NCBI GenBank assembly: GCA_951406725.2
Contig: OX597817.1
Span: 76,942,001-77,006,000 of the forward strand
Length of the DNA: 64,000 bases
Direction of reading: 5' to 3'
From: Octopus vulgaris
Taxonomy: Eukaryota
The notes under the pieces were generated by a model. The model saw only the letters and a list, made by a program, of their open reading frames with translations. It was not told where the DNA came from and did not search any database. Both the position numbers and the translations under genes were made by a program. Positions 53,390-64,000 of this stretch are shown here, piece after piece. How positions within the stretch are numbered: position 1 is the stretch's first letter; each line of letters opens with the position of its first letter.

Positions 53390-53733
53390 TACGTTGTTAT
53401 CCTCATTCCGTAAACGGTGGCTTTTAACGGGTGGAGAAATGAACCATCCTGAGGTACAGAGGATTCGCAATCTATACTAGGGTCTGAAAGTTTACCACAC
53501 CATAGTGGGTTAACACCATGGTTCCTCTGCTTTGTGGCAGAAGTAGGAAGAAAGAGTGAGAGAAAGTTGCGGTGAAAGAGTACAACGGAGTTCCTCACCA
53601 CCCTCCGCCGGAGCCTCGTGGAGCTTAGGTGTTTTTGCTCAATAAACACTCACAATACTCGGTCTGGGAATCGAAACCGCGTTCTTACGACCGCGAGTCT
53701 GATGTCCTAACCACTGGGCCGTTGCGCCTCCAC
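53390..53733 (-). mobile_element. SINE type D head with another tail
   Basis: GGAGGCGCAACGGCCCAGTGG head, GGTTTCGATTCC B box, type D body. Confidence 0.8.
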
Positions 53734-53959
53734 TGTTGTTACTGCTGAATGTAATTTGATAGATATTCGACTGCCATTTCTTGCTGATCAAAAGATCACG
53801 TAGAATATTCCCCCATTGGTTCCAGTAATAAAGAGCTACTATATAAATGTGGTTGGTCACCGTAACTCACTGGATCGAAACCTATTCAATTCCAAGCTAT
53901 ACTGACAGTTGTTGAACTCAGCACAGAACACTCGTCAGTTTTATAATGTTACTACTGCT

Positions 53960-55060
53960 TACATCGAAGCCAGGTGTTGAATTCATGTGCACAATAAATG
54001 TTAAATTTTATGTGGTATACAAGAAATATAGTACAGAACATACGTTTTCCCACATGGATTACTACGGCGATCTGTCCCCGCACCCACTCTTTTAGACCTA
54101 TATCTATATGACCTTCCCAAACCTCCACAAAACATGCTGACCAACCATTTTTGCTAATGACATGACACTCAAAATCGACCACCCACCATTCTCAAGAGAC
54201 TGCCGCATAACTACTTCAGATCTATTTAGGTCGCGTAGAAACTTGTTTCTGCAACAACAAATTTAAAGTAGCACCTAAAAAGCCACTGCTTTTCTCCAAC
54301 AACAAATTCAACCAGCCTTCATATTCTACTTGACCATAACTCACAAATGGAAGAAAAACATACTAGAAATTGTATACAACTCCTGTAACATCCATGTGGT
54401 TAAAAAAGAAGACATGGTTAGACAAGCAAAATGCTTCACTAATATAATTAGAGCAACCACATGTTGTATTTGACTAATTACAAACAACAACGGAACACTC
54501 ACAGGTACAACGCTTAACCAACAGAAATAATAAGAAAGTATATAATCACACTTAGAGCGATCTGAGGTACCACATTTAAACAACAGAATGAACAACAATG
54601 GTGTATACACGTTACATTAGATCTCTCGTTGACTTGTCTAGCTTTTACTGGGTTCACAATCTCTCCTTATCAAAATATAATAAATATGAAATAGCTTCCT
54701 ACGTAGCATAACAGATTGTGGTCAGAATACAACCACAAACACCCATAGACCAACTACATAATGAAGCAAGTTACTACAAATAGATACCCTCTTGGATATA
54801 CAAGCATTTATACAATATCTTAGAAAACTACCATAACATCGTCTTAAAACACTATTCCTCCCAACTCTTCTATAAGGAACACGTGTACACCTAATAACTG
54901 GAACTTCAAAAGCGTCAAATACTATACAGGAATTCATATCACCAGCAATAAGTGTAGAGAACAACCGCAGTCACACTTTGATCAAGTCTTCCTTGTCCAT
55001 CTTTACTATCAACATCATCAGAATTTACCAACACACAAATATAAATTGAAGAGAAGAGAG
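53960..55060 (+). pseudogene. Highly degenerate non-LTR reverse transcriptase (I/Jockey group-like)
   Basis: HGLLRRSVPAPTLLDLYLYDLP (GVPQGS..P.LF-like), IFANDMTL (YADD-like), LQIYL..VETCF.NNKFKVAPKK, YIRSLVDLSSFYW. Confidence 0.6.
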
Positions 55061-55968
55061 AGTAGAATATATCCAGGCTACCACGCTGAATCCCTCACGA
55101 GGCCACCACTAAATGCTTGAGGATTCTTTATTATTCTCAGCTAAGTATCGGTGTATGCGATGCCTGGGAGTTTGAATCTTTGAGTTGTGGCTCATTGTTT
55201 TGCCAACTACCTACATATCATAGAACTCCTGGGTTAGGGATGAGTTTGGGGCTGCGTAACAACGGCTAGCATGTCATTCGGCAACAGCATAAGAAAGCAA
55301 AAGGGAGATGATCGCAGTGAAATTTGAACCAAGACATGTAGCTCTTATAATAAAAATGTATGTACAATATTAGTCCCCCTGAACTAAGCAGAATTCGGTC
55401 ACTGTGTCATGTGCAAGCGCTGTAAGGTCATGTCAGATAAACTCTTCGCAAGAGGTTGCTTCTAATTTTCATGGAGGGTTATGTTCCTTTAAAGAATATT
55501 TATCTTTTTTGTTTCAGAATATAAAAAATATCAAGAACTTTGAAACGTTTTTTCTTCACAGTAGGTGGTATAAACCATTGGATTTAATTCCGTTTTAGTG
55601 CATTCAATGACTACAGTTTTCTTCGCATTACATTTGAGCAGAATTATATTCTGGAATTAACGAATAACATGCACGGATCTAATTAAAGTAAGGAAATGGT
55701 CATTTTTATCAAAGTAGATTAATAATTTGAAGGGAGGGGTTACCATCGATTCCAGAACTTGACTGGTATTTTGCACCCTACTACTTAACCAAATTCTGTA
55801 TGACTTAGCGGATCTCGGCTGGATTTGAACTCGGTACGTAGACTGACAGAGATAAATACCACAAAACCAATGATGCAATGGTTCTGCTAACCAAGCACCC
55901 TAAGATAAGTAAATGTTTTTAATTAAGGCAAAAGAAAATTAGTCGATTGAAATGATCCCAGTACTCTG

Positions 55969-56200
55969 TGGAGGCGCCTGGCTTAGTGGTTAGAGCGACG
56001 GACTCGTGATCGTAAGATTGTGGTTTCGATTCCTGGACCGGGAGACGCATTGTGTCCTTGAGCAAAATCATTTCATTTCCTATTGCTCCAGTTCACTCAG
56101 GCGGCAAAAATAAGTAATCCTGCGACGGATGGTGTCCCGTTCAGGTAGGAATATATACGCCATGGAAACCTGGAAACTGGCCCTTATGAGTCGAAGTGAG
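55969..56200 (+). mobile_element. Chimeric SINE: type C CORE body with type D tail
   Basis: CORE-like TTGTGTCCTTGAGCAA..TTGCTCCAG followed by GCGACGGA..GTCCCGTTCAGGT..TATACGCCA.GGAAACCTGGAAAC as in 19538-19824. Confidence 0.8.
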
Positions 56201-56535
56201 CCCAAAAGATAACTTTTAACTTTAAGTACTTGACCGTTATCTTTTTTTATCGATTCCGAAAGGATGAAAGGTAACAATGATTTTGGCATAATTTAGATTC
56301 AGAATCTAAAAAGCCAGAAGAAATACTGCTAAGCATTTTGTGCATAAATTTGTGACTAGAGGGAGTCTCAAAATTCCCCGATAGATTTCAACTTTTAAAA
56401 ACGTCCTTAACTTTACAAATAAATGCATGGAATTTTGACAGTCTATAAAGGACATAATGGAAATTAATATGCACAAGTTAAATTTTGCAACATCACTATA
56501 TCACATATGAAAATGACATCGCTTAAATAGCAGCC

Positions 56536-56570
<35 letters not shown>

Positions 56571-56726
56571 TTAGAGTCTGCTCGAGGGATATGAATAATA
56601 TCGAACACATATGTACAAGGTAAGTGTTTTACTTGTTCGTGGGTAGGCTGCGCTTAGAGTTGAAAGAGAATATATTCTCTTCAATTCACTTGTTATATAT
56701 ATAAATTTATATACACACACACACAC

Positions 56727-56779
<53 letters not shown>

Positions 56780-57073
56780 GATTCAGTCCCAAATTACTAT
56801 AAGTTTCGTGGACCCGTGAAACTTCAAGTAATACAGAACTGATGAAACTTATTGAATACTTGTAACTACAACCATATATATCGAGTGCTACGTTCTTTTG
56901 TTTGTTCACTCAATCGTGCACACACACACACACACACGCACACACATTTCCATTTAGAGTTGACTATGGAGAAAAGAGTTCTCAATATCATTGTAGAGAT
57001 TAATAATATCTTCATTTTAGTCAAGTCAGCTCCTTACTACTCTGAGTTTCACTGGTAGGTTATAAGCCATAAG

Positions 57074-57119
57074 TTGCCTGAAGAACTTGTGCAACTACAA
57101 GCGAAACTCAGAGTAGTAA
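57074..57119 (+). ncRNA. Type I hammerhead within a foldback (57011-57142)
   Basis: TTGC-CTGAAGA-A-CTTGT(GCAACT)ACAAG-C-GAAAC-T(CAG)A-GTA-GTAA. Upstream 57011-57058 is an inverted copy of its 3' half. Confidence 0.7.
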
Positions 57120-57371
57120 GAAACCGTATCGACCAAAAGGAATATGAATACAAAAGCACAGAGAGAGGAGGATAGAAAAACTGCGTATATGTGTCTTTGT
57201 GGGTGCGTCTGAATGTCTGCGTATGTCCGTGTGAAAAGCGGAGGAGAGACTTTGTTCGTAAAAATGATTCACCGAATAAAATCTCATGTCACCATTAACA
57301 TAGAGACTTCATGACAACAGCGGTAATATAAAGTATGAAATCAAAATTTCAACACAGCGAAGGAAGAGGTG

Positions 57372-57419
<48 letters not shown>

Positions 57420-57685
57420 GGGAGAGAATGACAGTCATATTCAAAAACAAAATATATTGAAAAGCTGTTTTAAAAATGTTAAGATGTGATTGTTATGGAC
57501 ATATCAGAAATTTATTAAATATATAAATACATTAGGAGGAAATGAAAAAAATATTTACAAAAAAAAAGAAAAAAGAAAGAAATTTGAATAAAATGAAACA
57601 AAATTAACAACTATTTAGAAAAAAAGCATGTATCAAAATAAACCAATAAAATAAAACTATCAAAGCACACCGAAAAAAAAACACA

Positions 57686-57737
<52 letters not shown>

Positions 57738-58040
57738 TAACAATAATAATGAACCGAGCATTTATATACGTAAGTTAATTAGGTGTAACGTTAGATGCTT
57801 CATAGACCTGTTCCAGAAAGACATTCTTCATCAGCCGAGGAAAAACTAAAGAAAAAAACAACTGAAAATAATAATGATATAAAGAAAATTCCATTTAGAT
57901 ATTAAGCAAGAATTAATGTATATATGTCTGTATGTGTGTATGAGTGTGTATTCATATATACATTCATACGTATATACATTCATATCTATATATGTATATT
58001 TATGTACATATATCTATGTATATGTATGTATATAGTTGTC

Positions 58041-58082
<42 letters not shown>

Positions 58083-58132
58083 AAAGAATATACACATATA
58101 TGTACTTGTGTGTAGATATATATATATGTATA

Positions 58133-58180
<48 letters not shown>

Positions 58181-59661
58181 CATATATATATATATATGCA
58201 CACACACACATATTAGGCACATACAGAAACACCCGGACGTCCTCACAATCACAAACAAACACATAGAGACAGGCACACCCACACATATAGACAATCACAC
58301 ACATGTTAAATTGAGCTAACAGGATTTGCTCTACCAATTGCAACAATTTGTCAGCAATAAATTTTAAGGAAAGCAAGCAAGCAATAACAAAATTTTCATT
58401 GTTGACGTTATAACCATTGTTATTGTTGTTGATGTTTCTGTTGTTGTTGTTGTTGTTGTTGTTGTCGTCGTTGTTTTAAGCGTCGGTGAAGACAGAGGTG
58501 GCTATTGTTACGGTTTATTTTATTATTTTTGACATTTAATGATTATTACTTACAAAATACAATGAAATTAATACCAAATAAAATATAAGAACATTTATTT
58601 ATACATTTTCTATTGGATATTTTTTTGATTTTGTTTCACTGTATTGCTTTTATTTAATTGTTGTTCTTTTATGGATTGTAAGTTTTTATAGTTTTTCTAT
58701 CGTTGTCCTTGAAATGGAAGTCCAACGTGGAATTTCTCATGGCGTTTGTCATATGTTCTACGCTTTTATAGTCCACTTCTGTAAATATCTAGAGGCAACA
58801 CTGGTGAATTGGTGTATTCATATTTATGGTTATTTCTGATCAGAATTCCAACCGTGAGCATCTCTGTCTGTTTTCATATTAGGGACAACGTCGTCCAGTG
58901 TGTTCTTTTTTTTTAAATTTAGGTATGATTCATCAAGATTTCTCTGCTATTTCTAGCAGGCCGGTTGAAGCTGATCTGCTAAAGATATCCCTAACTTAAT
59001 TAGAAGAAAGCACAGGGTTGAGCATGACTAGCGTTTTATTAATAATAAACAAATTCAATCAGAGATAATTTGAGCAAGAACTCACCAATTCTACACAGTT
59101 GATACTATTTACGGTGGTGTTATCTATTAAAACATACAACGTACTTCTTTTGGGCAGAACTTCTGAGGGAACTGTGGCAAGAGGAAATAAGATTACTCCT
59201 TACACATGCACACACACACACATGCACACACACACACATGCACACACTCACATTCGCAGAGAGTATAGATACACATAGAGAATTTAAATTGAGCAAACAA
59301 AATTTGCTCCAATAATTGCAATTGTTTATCAGTCTTCATAATAGCAAGGTCCCCACGAAATTAGAACGGGGCTATGAGTGTTTTTTAATGTTGAGGGGTA
59401 TGCAGTAGTTACTCGGCTTCTCTTGGCTCTGCAGGCCAATATAACAACTTAATTCTACTCTTATAGACACGTCCTCTCTCTTATTCCAAAATAGTTTCCT
59501 AAGTTGGTCAGAACCGAAACAGATTTTTTTGAATTCCGAATCACGATGTTGTAAAATCTAATCTTTAAAAAAAATTTTGTTCTTTGAATACCGGTCGAAG
59601 AATCTCCTCAGTTGAACTAGCTGTTCTATGAGTGAACAACATGAAATTTGTACCTTCTATC

Positions 59662-60048
59662 TTTTGTCTTCTACTCGTTTCAGTCATTAGACTACATACA
59701 TGCTGGAGCACTGTCTTGAAGAATTTCTAGTAGAATGTATCGACCCCAGTAATTATTTTTTATAAGCCTGGTACTAAGTTACAGAGAGGTAAACACACCA
59801 GCACCTGTTGTCAAGCGGTAGTGGAGGGACAAACACGACATAAAGATAGACACACACAGATGTATATACATATAAACATATATACGACGAGCTTCTTTCA
59901 GTTTCCGTCTACAAAATCCACTCACAAGGCTTTGGTTGATTCGTGGCTATTGTAGAAGACACTTGCCCAAGGCACTACGCTTTGGGACTGAACCCGGAAA
60001 CATGTGGTTGGGGAGCAATCTTCTTACTACCCAGCCACGCCTGCGCCT
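59662..60048 (-). mobile_element. SINE type B
   Basis: Colinear with 8288-8681. Confidence 0.85.
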
Positions 60049-61261
60049 ATATAAACGAAAGTTGTTGAAGTGTTATACAATACCTACGTTTGGGAATACG
60101 CTGTATTCTCTTTAGAATTAGGTCAGCTTGGCTTGTTTGCTTCATTAAAGATCACTTATTATAGATCTCTCTTGGAAGAAACATATTAAAGAGTATATAT
60201 AAAAACATAAAGAGACGCAGAATCCCGTTGGATTAAAACACCGAGAAATGTAAACGCCTCTTTTGAAAATTTCCATTACAAAGGCATCAATGGTTTTCGA
60301 TGTTCGAGTATTTTATTCTTCACACTTTGAAAAGATGTTACTACGTTCATATGAAGTTCTGTCAAAACACGTGTCTTGTGAATCTCAGACATACTTAGTT
60401 ATGCAGATGTAATTATCACAATAGTTGATTACGCCATCAAATGCTAAATAAACAGTAACATCGCGATAACACTGAAAAGCAAATGTCCTTAATCAAAGGA
60501 AAAACAAATATAAGAATTATTCATGTGACACCTGCAATTTTTATTTTGTAATTGGGACTCTAAAAAACAATATGCAAAATTTTTTTTTTTATAAAATTCG
60601 CCGGTTCGCTGTGATGTCTAATTTTAAATGCAACCACTTGGTTGATAAGCTGGAGACCGGTTTGAAAAAAAAAATAAAGAAAATATTGTCTAATTAAAAA
60701 TACACTTATACACAAAAGAAAACCAAAACCAAAACAAAAACAGCACATATATCTACTCGTTATTATGTTGCAAACCAGACATTTGAATAAATACTGTCTT
60801 CTTTTGATTGGGCACTAAACTCCAGTGTTTTTAAAGGAGATGTGTATAATCAATTAGTCGATAGATTGAAGACAAGCACCAACTCTCTCATACACGCATA
60901 CACACAGGCACATACACAAACTCACACATACATACGTACACCCACATACACTCACACATGCACACAAACAAGTACGCGCACACATACTTATCAGGTAGAC
61001 CAGAAAAGAGGAACAGAGCCAATAAGTATTTAAGAGCCTCTTAGACAGCGATTGGAGATGATAATAATTCAGTGACGTTGATATGGTTGGTTTTCAAATA
61101 GAATTTCTTTTACGTTTGTGTTTTAAAAACGAGTCGTAATAACCAGAAAGGGACTTTCATAATAAGTTTTGCAACTGAGCTAAATAGCCTCACATCTAGT
61201 CAGGAACTGGAAGATATTAAACCATTAATATCTCATTGTTATTGCTGTTATACAACCTTTT

Positions 61262-61640
61262 GTTTTTTTAATTGTTTCAGTCGTTGGATTGCAGCCATAC
61301 TGGGGCACCGTCTTCAAGAATTTTATTCGAAGGAATCTGTCCCAATACTGACTCTTTTTAAGCCTGGTACTTATTTTATCGGTCTCAATTTCCGAACCGC
61401 TGATGCAATCTGGTTGTGAAGCGGAGGTGGTGGGTAAACAGTGACACAAAGACACAGACACCACACATCTATATAAGACAGGCTTTCCACTTACTAATCT
61501 ACGAAATCCATTCACAAGACTTTGGTCGATTCCGAGGCTACATTAGAAGATACTTGCCTAAGGTACAACTCATTGGATCTGAACCCGGGACTATGTGGTC
61601 GGTAAGCCAACACTTTACCACACACCTATGCCTGTGCCTA
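61262..61640 (-). mobile_element. SINE type B, diverged
   Basis: Colinear with 8288-8681. Confidence 0.8.
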
Positions 61641-62036
61641 CCAGTAAAGAAAAAGAATAGTTGAATTCAATCGCGATAATAACGGATTTCTATTCTTGTT
61701 ATTTAAAATTTTTTAATGTCATTGTTGGTTTCGATGCATGTATTGGGCTCCAATCAAACTGCGACATTGTTTTCAAGAGGTTTTCTATTATTTTATCGCC
61801 TCGAAGGGCGACGAAAGGCAAAGTCCACTTACCGAAAATGGAGGCAACCAAAATGGTTACATGCTACGCACCAATGTTCTGGTCATCCACCATGTATTTT
61901 AATACATACATATTCTTAAATACATACATATATGTGTGTACGTGCGTGTAAGTGTGTGTGTATGTGTGTGCGTGCGTGTGTGTGTAAGTGTGTATGCTGT
62001 GTGTGTAAGTGTGTGTCTCTGTGTGTATTGTGTGTA

Positions 62037-62875
62037 TTAGATCTGATGAATAAATATCCGGACAGTTACCATAGTAACAAAGCTAAAGCACACATAATAA
62101 AACCGCTCAGCAAAGAGTCACCTTGAAATCTGCTGTGCATGTGCACTAAGTTTTAACGTTCTAACATGTGATTTTTGCATTGACCATGACAGAGACAGTT
62201 GCCATGGCGATACCTACTTAGAGACCTGCGCAAAATTGCAGAAAGTGTATGGAGAGGCGTGTATGAGCCACACACAAGTGTACGAGTGGTTCAGACATTT
62301 CCAAGATGGCCGAAAAATGTCAATATTGACGAAGGTTCTGGGAGACCCGCAACCAGCAGAACTAAGAAAAATATCGCAGATGTGTGTGCAGCTGTGATGG
62401 AAATCATTGAATCACCATCCGTGAGTTATCAGATGTGGAGATTAGTTACGATTCAGTTTAGTCCATTATCACTGAAGATTTCGGTATGAGACGCGTGTCT
62501 ACCAAATTTGTGCCAACACTGCTTTCAGCTCACCAAAAAGACACTTGGGTTTCAATTCCAGAAGATCTTGATTGTGTCGAAAACGATAAAAAATTTTTGA
62601 AAACTATGCTTTGACCTCTACGCAGGTATCATTAAGATTTTGGCAAAATTTGATGCTGATTCTCTGCTTAACTTCCTCTGTCATGGTCAATGCGACGATC
62701 ACACGCTACACACCTCCCTTCCAAGCACTGCTGTAAACAAGGGAAGTAACCTAAAGCGTTAAAACTTAGTGTGCATACACAATAGAGTTCAAGGTCAATA
62801 TGTGTCAAGCGACTTTAGTTCGCGTGCTTTAGCTTCGTTTCTATGGCAACAGTCCGAATAATTATTCAGACCACG
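62037..62875 (+). mobile_element. Second copy of the long-inverted-end mariner derivative
   Basis: Colinear with 20448-21317, including the inversion junction. Confidence 0.9.
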
Positions 62876-64000
62876 TATACAACAAAACCTCCCTAAGCAA
62901 GAAACCCTTAAGCAAGTATTACCCTTCTCAAAACGAGAATTGCTATTAAGCGGAATCATGCGATATCAATGTATGTCATAAAATACACAGCAAACTCACC
63001 ATGGATGAAGAGATCAAGAACGTGGGAACAATGTTATCCCTAAACAATCTAGGCTCTCAGTAAATGTCTCGCAAAAATCACAGTCAACAAATACATAAAA
63101 CCTATACATGCATCATCAGCTGCCTTACCGTTATCATTATGAATTCGACCCCTGAGCAGTTACCATTCATTCCAGTCGTATCCAACAGTGTTAAAAACGT
63201 AAAAGTTGCTAGGGAATTTGGCTGTCTATGTAGTTACAAGAAGACATAGAAAAATTCGCAGCTCTCAATCAGCAGAACATCTAGGCTGTGAGGAAGAAAA
63301 AGTGAGAGAAAAAGAGTGCGAAAAGAGAGCGTTTCACTTATACATGGCTGGCGCTCATTTACAGGTGAGTATACTGGAATAATGTGCAAGGAAATGTGTT
63401 GCTCAGTGAAACAACGCACTATGAATCGAACAATATTTATACACATATACATAAATATATGTTGTTTAGGACCGAGTAGTGCGTTGTGACTTGACTATTG
63501 CACTTCAATTCATATTGCTCCAGTCTATGATTCCTTTGAAATGTTTGTTTTTGACAATTTTCTGTGTTTCTCTTTTTATGTATACGCAAGCTCTGACACA
63601 CGCATAAACAAACACATGAATACATGCACACATATACACCAATTTTGTTTATTTTTATAAAGATTAACAATAAATCACACGCATACACATGCCTACGAGC
63701 ATACACGCGTAAACACATATATACCGCTTCGCAACCACGTGGTTTCAGGATCAATCTCTCATTTCCACTAATCTGGACCTTGAGAAAATATTCTCTGCTG
63801 TAGTAGCAAGCCAGCCAATGCCTAAAATCGGGGCCGCAGCATACCCACAGCATAACCACAGCTCCTGGCTAAAACAAATATAAGTATACACACTAAAACA
63901 GAAACCGATGAAAGCAGGTGAAAATTAACCCTTTACTTGTGCAAACTATTTTCATGTTTGTCCCAAACCCCCATGGGTATTTTTCAGACATTTTGTCAGC

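Noticed and set aside
56575-56620. GATAT/ATATC stem followed by GAACAC-ATAT-GTA
   Set aside because: It resembles the 34156 motif, but both core segments are altered.
57800-57840. Minus-strand CTGATGA-AGAA..TTCT-GGAAC-AG-GTC
   Set aside because: No stem I and an altered GAAA; compatible with chance.
58307-59332. Diverged ~50-bp duplication (58307-58355 and 59284-59332) after CA repeats
   Set aside because: Too short and degenerate to assign structure or function.

Overview
This is AT-rich eukaryotic intergenic or intronic DNA, most likely from an octopus or related cephalopod. That is inferred from the density of (TA)n/(CA)n/(TAGA)n/(TTA)n microsatellites, the octopus-type tRNA-derived SINEs and a nad4 fragment readable with the invertebrate mitochondrial code. 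No intact host gene is supported, and nearly all listed ORFs are translations of microsatellites. The window is a mosaic of repeats: at least four tRNA-head SINE types; mariner (DD34D) and DD41D Tc1/mariner relics and MITEs; and non-LTR retrotransposon fragments (R4/Dong-like RLE, CR1/L2-like, Tx1/L1-like, I/Jockey-like). A nad4 NUMT is split by a mariner derivative. The most striking signal, read by eye, is a population of about a dozen type I hammerhead ribozyme motifs in short non-coding inserts of unrelated sequence, mostly flanked by (TA)n. Several show Penelope/retrozyme architecture (tandem direct repeats, inverted 5' segments, palindromic helix III). The best example is a very young element at 9665-10578 with two hammerheads 476 nt apart. 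Two SINE-LINE 3'-tail partnerships are also visible, one with compensatory stem changes.
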